Below, in pieces: positions 17,106-23,113 of a stretch of DNA of 32,000 bases; within the stretch, counting starts at the first letter, position 1; the number at the start of each line of letters is the position of its first letter. The notes beneath the pieces were generated by a model. It did not search any database, was not told the DNA's origin, and was given only the letters and a program-made list of their open reading frames with translations. The position numbers and the translations under genes are program-made. This stretch comes from Thermosulfurimonas dismutans (GTDB lineage: Bacteria; Desulfobacterota; Thermodesulfobacteria; Thermodesulfobacteriales; Thermodesulfobacteriaceae): NCBI RefSeq assembly GCF_001652585.1, contig NZ_LWLG01000017.1, positions 1 to 32,000 on the forward strand, given 5' to 3'.

Positions 17106-17222
17106 ACATTAAGATTAAATCTTATTACGAATCTCTTGAGATAATAGAGGATAAAAATGTTTATTTTTATTTTTATGTCTTAAAATTTCTTAAAATCTAA
17201 CTTTCTGGATAATACACAAAAT

Positions 17223-17251
17223 TTGCCTAATTTTGCAAAGTAAAATAAGAT
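17223..17251 (+). promoter_or_regulatory. Candidate intI promoter (TTGCCT-17 nt-TAAGAT)
   Basis: Hexamers at 17223-17228 and 17246-17251, about 40 nt upstream of the intI ATG. Confidence 0.3.
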
Positions 17252-17290
17252 GGCTTGCAGATAATATCTTTGCTGGCAAAAAGGATCAAA

Positions 17291-18358
17291 ATGGAATCGC
17301 AAGAAAAGTTGATGGAAAAATTTGGGGCCTTTCTCAAGAAGGTGGAAAAGCGAGAAAGGGTGGTCCCCTTCATGGTGCGGTGGGTGGTGCAGGCCCTGCA
17401 GGAATATGAACTGCCCCCCGGACAAAAGTTAGCCCCCGCTCAGAAAAAACAATTTCTCTTTAAATTATCCCAAAAATACGAGCCTTGGCAAGTAGAACAG
17501 GCTGATCGGGCCTTAAAGCTATATGAGTATTTCCTGAACACCTTATCCCAAAAATCTCCGACAGAGAGGACAGAGGCCGAATGGGCGGAGGCCTTGGAGA
17601 AGGCCAGAGAGGTCCTCAGGCGCAAACGGTACTCCTACCGCACCGAAAAATCTTACCTTGACTGGATAAGATGCCTGGCCGAATATCTGGACTACAAATC
17701 ACCGGAAGAAGTTTCCGGCGAGGATTTTCAGGATTTTCTCACCCATCTTGCCGTGGAAAGAAACGTAGCCCCTTCCACCCAGAATCAGGCTTTAAATGCC
17801 CTGGTGTTCTTTTATCGCCATGTGCTCGAAAAAGAAATTGATCCCTATATTGAGGCCGTAAAGGCCCGGGAGAGAAGAAGGCTTCCGGTGGTGCTAAGCC
17901 GGGAAGAGGTGGAGGCCGTGCTCTCGGTCTCGGAACTTGAGGAAACCTATTATCTAATCTGTGCCCTCATGTATGGAGGGGGCTTGAGAGTAAGTGAGAC
18001 GGTAAGACTCCGGGTAAAAGATCTGGATTTTGAACGAGGCTTGATCACGGTATTTTCCGGCAAGGGAGACAAAGACCGGGTAACCGTAGATCCGCGGACT
18101 GAGACCGTGCGTCGGCATCACATCCATCCCAGTGCGGTGCAACGGGCCTTCAAGAAGGCGCTACGGAAGGCCAGAGTGGAAAAACCCGCTACGGTGCATT
18201 CCCTGCGGCACAGCTTCGCTACCCACCTCCTTGAGGACGGCTACGATATTCGTACCATTCAGGAACTTCTGGGGCACAAGAGTCTGAGCACCACTATGAT
18301 TTACACTCATATCGTGGGACGGCGGGTCACCGGGGTGGTGAGTCCGCTTGACCGCTAA
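17291..18358 (+). CDS. intI: Integron integrase (IntI-type tyrosine recombinase), apparently lacking the IntI-specific insertion
   Basis: The sequence is colinear with IntI1 as I recall it. Matching blocks are RYSYRTEKSYLDWIRCLAEYL, STQNQALNALVFFYRHVL, RRLPVVLSREEV, GGLRVSETVRLRVKDLDFERGLITVFSGKGDKDR, DPRTETVRRHHIHPSAVQRAFKKA, HSLRHSFATHLLEDGYDIRTIQELLGH and TTMIYTH. The ATG at 17291 has an AAGGA RBS, whereas the track start 17255 is a TTG. Confidence 0.85.
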   Translation: MESQEKLMEKFGAFLKKVEKRERVVPFMVRWVVQALQEYELPPGQKLAPAQKKQFLFKLSQKYEPWQVEQADRALKLYEYFLNTLSQKSPTERTEAEWAEALEKAREVLRRKRYSYRTEKSYLDWIRCLAEYLDYKSPEEVSGEDFQDFLTHLAVERNVAPSTQNQALNALVFFYRHVLEKEIDPYIEAVKARERRRLPVVLSREEVEAVLSVSELEETYYLICALMYGGGLRVSETVRLRVKDLDFERGLITVFSGKGDKDRVTVDPRTETVRRHHIHPSAVQRAFKKALRKARVEKPATVHSLRHSFATHLLEDGYDIRTIQELLGHKSLSTTMIYTHIVGRRVTGVVSPLDR

Positions 18359-18374
18359 TTTAAAGGAGAAAAGT

Positions 18375-18701
18375 ATGCGTATACTAGCCACGATTCTGAT
18401 GGTGATCGGGTATCTTTTAATAGGGGCCCATTTTCTGCGGGCTGGGCATTCGTTGGTGGCCCTGGGGCTTGCCTTTGCGCCGGCTCTTCTCTTTCTCAAA
18501 CACCGGATGGTGCGCCTGATCCTTTCCGCAGGCCTGGGGCTGGCCCTTATTGAATGGGGCCGGACTTTCGTTTTCCTGAAACGGATCTATGAGGCTCACG
18601 GCCTTCCTTTCAGCAAGTCTGGTTTCATCCTGGGAGGAGTAATGGCCGTTACCTTTCTGGCCGTAGCCCTCAACCTGCGGGAGGATCTGCGGAACAAATG
18701 A
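18375..18701 (+). CDS. Small integral membrane protein (3-4 predicted TM helices)
   Basis: MRILATILMVIGYLLIGAHFL.. is hydrophobic throughout. AAAGGAG RBS at 18362-18368. ATGA coupling to the downstream ABC remnant. Confidence 0.55.
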   Translation: MRILATILMVIGYLLIGAHFLRAGHSLVALGLAFAPALLFLKHRMVRLILSAGLGLALIEWGRTFVFLKRIYEAHGLPFSKSGFILGGVMAVTFLAVALNLREDLRNK

Positions 18702-18968
18702 TCCGGGTCCGCCATCTGCACTATCGTTACCCGGAAGGAACTCGGGAGGCCCTTTCCGGGATCTCGCTTACGGTAAATCCGGGAGAGGTGCTGCTTCTTT
18801 CCGTCCTCTGCTGACTTATTCCTTCACAGGCCGGAGGTGAGTTTTCCGGAGAGGTGAAGGTTCTGGGGCGAAAGGCTCCCTTTTCTCCCGCGGAGGTCTT
18901 TCCCGAGGTGGCCTTCGGGCTTGAAAACCTGGGGTATCCGGAAAGGGAACTCGAAAATAAACTAAGCA
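18698..18968 (+). pseudogene. Decayed ABC transporter ATP-binding gene (EcfA/CbiO-like) remnant
   Basis: MIRVRHLHYRYPEGTREALSGISLTVNPGEVLLLSVLC* then, in the same frame, LIPSQAGGEFSGEVKVLGRK..EVAFGLENLGYPERELENKL. The Walker A segment is missing, there is an in-frame TGA at 18812-18814, and homology ends abruptly near 18968. Confidence 0.65.
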
Positions 18969-19295
18969 TCAACCCAAGCTATCGCCAACAAAAGTGGCGG
19001 ATAGTCGTCTACTCCCAACTTTAAGCTCAAATGCAAACGCAGGGACATGAACTATAAGGGAGTAAAGAGCATCCTTTAGTAAACGCGAATCGGCCTCTAC
19101 AGAAAGAAAAACGCCTAGAGGTAAGGAAAGAGACGAATTGGCAGCAGAAGAAACAAAACCTGTAAGACGGGTCTTGAAACCATCTGCTATTTCCACTAAT
19201 TCAAACTCGGGCATACGAACCTTTCCTACTACCTGCTTAGTATCCTTGTCTATTATATCAATAACCATATAAAAGGCCTCAAAGGATTCAAGCAC
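18969..19295 (-). CDS. Hypothetical protein (108 aa)
   Basis: ORF only; no recognisable motifs. It starts exactly where the ABC remnant ends. Confidence 0.3.
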   Translation of the reverse strand: MLESFEAFYMVIDIIDKDTKQVVGKVRMPEFELVEIADGFKTRLTGFVSSAANSSLSLPLGVFLSVEADSRLLKDALYSLIVHVPAFAFELKVGSRRLSATFVGDSLG

Positions 19296-19487
19296 TGGCT
19301 CTACCGAAGGCTTCCTTTTTTCCAGGTGGTTTATCCAGAAAGCTTGGCAAAGGAAATAGAAGAGGATCTTTCTTTTTTCCTAAGTAAGCTAAAGAAAGAT
19401 GATCTCCAATGATTTAATTGCCTATATCAAACAAATCCTTTCGGACACCTAAATTAAGGCGGAGGACTGAAACCCTTGATCCTCAAG

Positions 19488-19560
19488 TGGGCCGGGCAGG
19501 ATTCGAACCTGCGACTCCTGGCTTAAAAGGCCAGTACTCTGCCAGCTGAGTTACCGGCCC
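19488..19560 (-). tRNA. tRNA-Lys (anticodon UUU), CCA not encoded
   Basis: The reverse complement reads GGGCCGG/TA/ACTC-AGCTGGCA-GAGT/A/CTGGC-CTTTTAA-GCCAG/GAGTC/GCAGG-TTCGAAT-CCTGC/CCGGCCC/A. This is a perfect 73-nt cloverleaf. Confidence 0.9.
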
Positions 19561-19572
19561 GGTTATGGGCTT

Positions 19573-19601
19573 AAATTACCCTTGAACTCCAGGGCTGTCA
19601 A
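19573..19601 (-). promoter_or_regulatory. Candidate tRNA-Lys promoter (TTGACA-17 nt-TAATTT)
   Basis: On the minus strand, the -35 is at 19601-19596 and the -10 at 19578-19573, 12 nt before the tRNA 5' end. The IS target duplication begins at the first base of the -35. Confidence 0.45.
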
Positions 19602-19611
19602 GAATTATTAA

Positions 19612-20561
19612 GAGGGTGTTCGAAAAAACTAGATATTGACGTTGGGGGAGCCTAGAATTAACTCCCCCAACATGAGAAGAAGCAAACTGCGTCTCAAGAC
19701 CATCTTCAAAATAACCCGAGCCATAATAAATGAAAAGCCCCTGGCCTTTCGAGGTCGCCCAAAAACTTATTCCGATGCCTTCATTATCTCTATCTTCCTC
19801 TACCAAACCCTAAAAAATCTATCCTACCGAGAAGCACTAGAAGAGGCCTTCGATATATTGGGACGAAGACCCGCCCTTTCTACCTACCACTACCGAGTCT
19901 CAAAATTCCCTAAACAATCCCTGAAAATCCTTCTCCAAGAATTGGCCCGAAAACTTCTAGCAAAAGAACATCACCTCTTTTCCTTTATCTCTGATGGCAC
20001 CGGCTTTAGTTATCATGACCTCTACCCTTTAAAATTCTTAAGAGGCTCAGAAATCAGAAAAGTAAAAGCCCATATAAGAGTGGTCCCCATAATCGGAGTA
20101 ACTTCATCCGGAAAAAGAATCGTCATTACCGCTGAAACCGGAGGTCCCTATGCCAGCGAGGTAAAACTTCTCCTGGAAGCTCTGGCAGAAATTGATCCAG
20201 TCACTTTTAAAGCCGAATGTTTTATAGCAGATAAATGCTATGACAGTCTCAAGGTCATGGAAAAACTTGTAGAGCTTGGATTAAAACCGGCCATAAAAGT
20301 AAAAGAAACCTTCAGGCAGAAGGTAAAACATCCTCTGCGGAAAGATTCCAGAATTTTCTGGGAGAAATGGGGCCGAAATAGATATCTGATTGAAAGTTTG
20401 TTTGGTACGGTAAAACTGAAAATAGGCTCGCATTTTAGGGTAAGAAAGGAAGAAATAGCCCAGAAGAGAGGACTGGCCGCTTTTGTGCTCTATAATATGT
20501 ACCTCCTGGCTACCCTCCTCTATATCTCGTTGCTCCTTAAAAACTATTTTCGAACACTCTC
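19612..20561 (+). mobile_element. Insertion sequence (950 bp, IS4/IS5-superfamily DDE transposase)
   Basis: The terminal inverted repeats are GAGGGTGTTCGAAAA (19612-19626) and the complement of TTTTCGAACACTCTC (20547-20561), matching at 14/15 positions. They are flanked by a perfect 11-bp direct repeat AGAATTATTAA (19601-19611 and 20562-20572). Confidence 0.75.
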
Positions 20562-20592
20562 AGAATTATTAAAAGCCTTTTCATCCCAATAA
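19672..20592 (+). CDS. DDE transposase (IS4/IS5 superfamily)
   Basis: Acidic triad context FISDGTGFS / CFIADKCYDS / RYLIESLFGTVKLK (R-x3-E-x6-K). The ATG at 19672 is preferred over the TTG at 19636. The ORF reads through the right IR, and its stop (20590-20592) lies in flanking DNA. Confidence 0.7.
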   Translation: MRRSKLRLKTIFKITRAIINEKPLAFRGRPKTYSDAFIISIFLYQTLKNLSYREALEEAFDILGRRPALSTYHYRVSKFPKQSLKILLQELARKLLAKEHHLFSFISDGTGFSYHDLYPLKFLRGSEIRKVKAHIRVVPIIGVTSSGKRIVITAETGGPYASEVKLLLEALAEIDPVTFKAECFIADKCYDSLKVMEKLVELGLKPAIKVKETFRQKVKHPLRKDSRIFWEKWGRNRYLIESLFGTVKLKIGSHFRVRKEEIAQKRGLAAFVLYNMYLLATLLYISLLLKNYFRTLSELLKAFSSQ

Positions 20593-20614
20593 TAACCAAG
20601 GCAATTTAGTTTCC

Positions 20615-20643
20615 TTGACAAGCAACTCCAGCAATGTTAATAA
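20615..20643 (+). promoter_or_regulatory. Candidate promoter of the TonB-receptor operon (TTGACA-17 nt-TAATAA)
   Basis: Hexamers at 20615-20620 and 20638-20643, about 45 nt upstream of the ATG at 20688. Confidence 0.45.
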
Positions 20644-20670
20644 TTCGTGCTACGAATATAAAATTCGTAA
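20643..20670 (+). promoter_or_regulatory. Putative operator: palindrome ATTCG-TGCTA-CGAAT plus a third AATTCGTAA half-site
   Basis: Perfect 5+5 palindrome at 20643-20657 that begins at the last base of the -10 hexamer. A repeat of the half-site lies at 20662-20670. Confidence 0.3.
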
Positions 20671-20687
20671 TACTAAGGAGGTCGGAG

Positions 20688-22616
20688 ATGCCGAAAAGTT
20701 TTTCATGGTTTCTTCTGGTAGTCAGTATCTGGCTAGCTATGTCCTCCGGAGCCTTGGCCGGTGAAAAGTCCACGGAGGAGAGCACCTGGGGTCTCGGGGA
20801 GGTAGTAATAACAGCCACCAAAACCCCGCACCCCCTGAAAGATGTCCCAGTAGAGACGGTGGTAATAACCAAGGAGGAAATTGAACGTTCCAGCGCTCAG
20901 ACCGTAAGTGACCTCTTGCGTTACGTTCCCGGGATATTTGTCAGGGACGAAGATGCCCCCGGCATTTCGAGTTGGCGGGCAACTATAAGGGGCCTGAGCT
21001 TCAACGATGGCTACGGACTCATCCTGATTGATGGAGAACGGGTAAGAGGCGAGGGCATGGGGGATTCCGGGATAGGACTTAACCAGATACCGCCTCAGAT
21101 GATCGAAAAGATAGAGGTGGTCAAGGGCCCAAGTTCGGTCCTCTACGGAAGCGACGCCCTTGCGGGTGTAGTAAACATCATCACCAAACCTACTCCCGAC
21201 AGAACCATCTATGGTTTCGAGGGAGGTTACGGGAGTTACTGGACGAACATGGAGTATCTCTACTGGGGAACGAAGGCCGCCCCTTGGGGCGTGCTCTTTC
21301 AGGCCTCCCGTGAGGAATCAGAGATGGGACAGTACGGTGTAAGGACCTATCGAGACGAAACTTATAAAAGAGAAAGTTTCTTATCTAACTTCTCTTATGA
21401 GGTAAATCCAAATCTCGTCCTAGGACTCAAGTTTACGGCCCAGGAAGAGGAACGGAAGATCGAATACCTGACCCAGGACACCGTAGTAAACAGAAAGGGC
21501 TACAAATATCGCATCGCCCCTCACCTCAAAATGATCTTCGATGACGATTCGGAATTGATTGTGAAGGGATATTACTATGACTGGAAATTCGATGCAGACT
21601 CCTACGGCACGGATCCGTATCCCTACGCCCTCTATAAAGGAGATATGTACTATCGAGACCTTGAGGTCCGCTATACCAAACCCGTAAAAACGAGTCATCT
21701 GGTTACCCTGGGTGCCGAGTATCGGCAAGAGGAATTGGATTACACCTTCTCACAAAGAAAACTTGATATCACTAGTGCCTACTTCCAGGATGAAATCGAA
21801 TTCCATATGGGGTTTCCCATGGAGGTGGTGGCAGGTGCCCGTCTGGATCATCATTCCCGGTATGGCACGGAGTTTTGTCCCAAAGTAAGTCTCCTGGTGA
21901 AACTGGATGAGGCTACCAGAGTAAGGGCTTCCGTAGGAAGAGGCTTCAAATCTCCCACCATCAGACAGGCCTTCTATACCGAACCCTATCCCCACGGAGA
22001 TTATTTCTATGTTTCAAACCCGGACCTTGAGGCCGAAACCTCTTGGGGTTATTCCGTGGGAATTGAACGAAATATCGGCGATATCTTCTGGGGGAATATC
22101 ACTTTTTTCAGGAACGACATCGAAGATATGATTATAAGATATTACGACTATAAAGACATCAATAACGACGGCGTTGTCGAAAAAATAAGAACTTTTAGGA
22201 ATGCTAAGGAAGCCTACACGCAGGGTATAGAAGTAGCCCTGAAGTTAGCCTTAATTAAAGATGTCTTATGGTTTAATATAGCTTATACCTATTTAGATAC
22301 GGAAGACGAAGATACCGGTAAAGAACTCACCTTTATCCCTGACCATAATCTGGCAGGCCATATAGTTTTCAAGCATAAACCTCTGGGAATATCCTTTGAT
22401 ATCGGTATCCAATATGTCAGTGAAATGTATACCAATCCTACTAATACTGAGCAAACCAGCAGTTATTCCGTTGTGGATGTGAAACTCGTCAAGACAATCG
22501 GCAAGCACGCCTCCTTGTCCGTGGAAGGCAATAACATTTTTGACTCTGATTATGGTGAACCAGATCGTGAATGGTGGGGAGCCACTTGGCTGGCCCGCTT
22601 TAAGATGGATTTCTAA
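20688..22616 (+). CDS. TonB-dependent outer-membrane receptor
   Basis: Signal peptide MPKSFSWFLLVVSIWLAMSSGALA after an AAGGAGG RBS. TonB-box/plug motifs EVVITATKTP, VPGIFV and IEVVKGPSSVLYGSDALAGVVNIITK. C-terminal beta-barrel ending in an aromatic residue (..ARFKMDF). Confidence 0.85.
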   Translation: MPKSFSWFLLVVSIWLAMSSGALAGEKSTEESTWGLGEVVITATKTPHPLKDVPVETVVITKEEIERSSAQTVSDLLRYVPGIFVRDEDAPGISSWRATIRGLSFNDGYGLILIDGERVRGEGMGDSGIGLNQIPPQMIEKIEVVKGPSSVLYGSDALAGVVNIITKPTPDRTIYGFEGGYGSYWTNMEYLYWGTKAAPWGVLFQASREESEMGQYGVRTYRDETYKRESFLSNFSYEVNPNLVLGLKFTAQEEERKIEYLTQDTVVNRKGYKYRIAPHLKMIFDDDSELIVKGYYYDWKFDADSYGTDPYPYALYKGDMYYRDLEVRYTKPVKTSHLVTLGAEYRQEELDYTFSQRKLDITSAYFQDEIEFHMGFPMEVVAGARLDHHSRYGTEFCPKVSLLVKLDEATRVRASVGRGFKSPTIRQAFYTEPYPHGDYFYVSNPDLEAETSWGYSVGIERNIGDIFWGNITFFRNDIEDMIIRYYDYKDINNDGVVEKIRTFRNAKEAYTQGIEVALKLALIKDVLWFNIAYTYLDTEDEDTGKELTFIPDHNLAGHIVFKHKPLGISFDIGIQYVSEMYTNPTNTEQTSSYSVVDVKLVKTIGKHASLSVEGNNIFDSDYGEPDREWWGATWLARFKMDF

Positions 22617-22642
22617 ATCCTAATCGGTAAAGGAGGAAAAAC

Positions 22643-23113
22643 ATGAAAAAATTATTAATAGTACCCTTTAGTTTTATGTGTCTTTTAGTTTTCAGTAGTT
22701 TAGTCAAAGCTCACGATCTTTGGCTCCAAGCCCAAAATTATTATCTCGATTCTATGGAAAACATTGAAATAAAAGTTGTGTTTGGTCATAACTTTCCTTA
22801 TGAAGATATTTTAATACCAAAAAAAGATATAAGTGAATTTTCATATGTAACTCCTGAAGGAGTTAAAAAATCGGTTACAAATATTTGGGAAAGCATAAAG
22901 GGTAACAGGAAAAGAGAATACAAAAAAGGAAGTTTGATAGGAGAGATTGATTTATCTAAATGCACAAAATGCAAAGAGGGGACTTATATTATTGCTGCTT
23001 CTAGAGTTAGAAAAGGAGACAAGTTTCATGTACCTTCAGGAAAATATGGTAAAGCTATAATTATAGTAGGCCAAAAAGGTACGCAAAAAATAACTAAAGG
23101 GGGTGTCTTATGA
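22643..23113 (+). CDS. Short DUF4198 (CbiK-like periplasmic Co/Ni-binding) paralogue
   Basis: Signal peptide followed by AHDLWLQ..VVFGHNFP, which is the DUF4198 N-terminal signature. At only 156 aa it lacks the C-terminal half. The gene is visibly AT-rich. Confidence 0.55.
   Translation: MKKLLIVPFSFMCLLVFSSLVKAHDLWLQAQNYYLDSMENIEIKVVFGHNFPYEDILIPKKDISEFSYVTPEGVKKSVTNIWESIKGNRKREYKKGSLIGEIDLSKCTKCKEGTYIIAASRVRKGDKFHVPSGKYGKAIIIVGQKGTQKITKGGVL

Larger units (their letters stand above)
17019..17254 (-). other. attI region (recombination core GTTAGAT at 17019-17025 on the cassette strand)
   Basis: The GTTRRRY core lies 9 nt upstream of the first cassette ATG and has no attC-type palindrome beside it. 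A second GTTAGAT lies at 17195-17201. Also present are the direct repeat CTTAAAAT x2 (17180-17197) and the palindrome TAAGATTAAATCTTA (17110-17124). Confidence 0.5.
9776..18358. mobile_element. Integron: intI (+), attI/Pc region, nine-cassette array on the minus strand
   Basis: IntI-type tyrosine recombinase divergent from an array of ORFs. Each ORF is bounded by an imperfect-palindrome site with RYYYAAC/GTTRRRY cores (see the individual attC entries). Confidence 0.85.
9150..19527. mobile_element. Putative tRNA-Lys-associated genomic island (~10.3 kb) containing the integron
   Basis: Direct repeats of the tRNA-Lys 3' end lie at both borders in the same orientation. The intact tRNA is at the right border. 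The fragment at the left border sits 41 nt upstream of tRNA-Glu. Confidence 0.45.

Noticed and set aside
17195-17201. The second GTTAGAT core could mark the true attI crossover, making 17026-17195 an ORF-less cassette.
   Set aside because: No attC-like palindrome (CTCAGCGG..CCGCTGAAG or a structural equivalent) exists in 17026-17195, and the interval contains the best Pc candidate. It is more likely an accessory integrase-binding repeat within attI.
17180-17425. 81-aa minus-strand ORF spanning attI and the intI 5' end, which might be an ORF-11-like attI peptide.
   Set aside because: It starts inside intI on the antisense strand, has no RBS and gives a low-complexity translation. Nothing supports it beyond being open.
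20593-20687. Possible cobalamin riboswitch upstream of the TonB-dependent receptor.
   Set aside because: Only ~45 nt separate the predicted -10 from the RBS, which is far too short for a ~200-nt B12 element. No B12-box-like sequence was seen.
20606-20872. 88-aa minus-strand ORF across the TonB-receptor promoter and signal-peptide region. The N-terminal extensions in the ORF track (3685, 17255, 18348, 19636, 20634, 27227, 31123) were considered alongside it.
   Set aside because: The 88-aa ORF is antisense to a well-supported gene. The extended starts use TTG or lack an RBS, overlap upstream genes or promoters, and internal ATGs with good Shine-Dalgarno sequences match the family N-termini.
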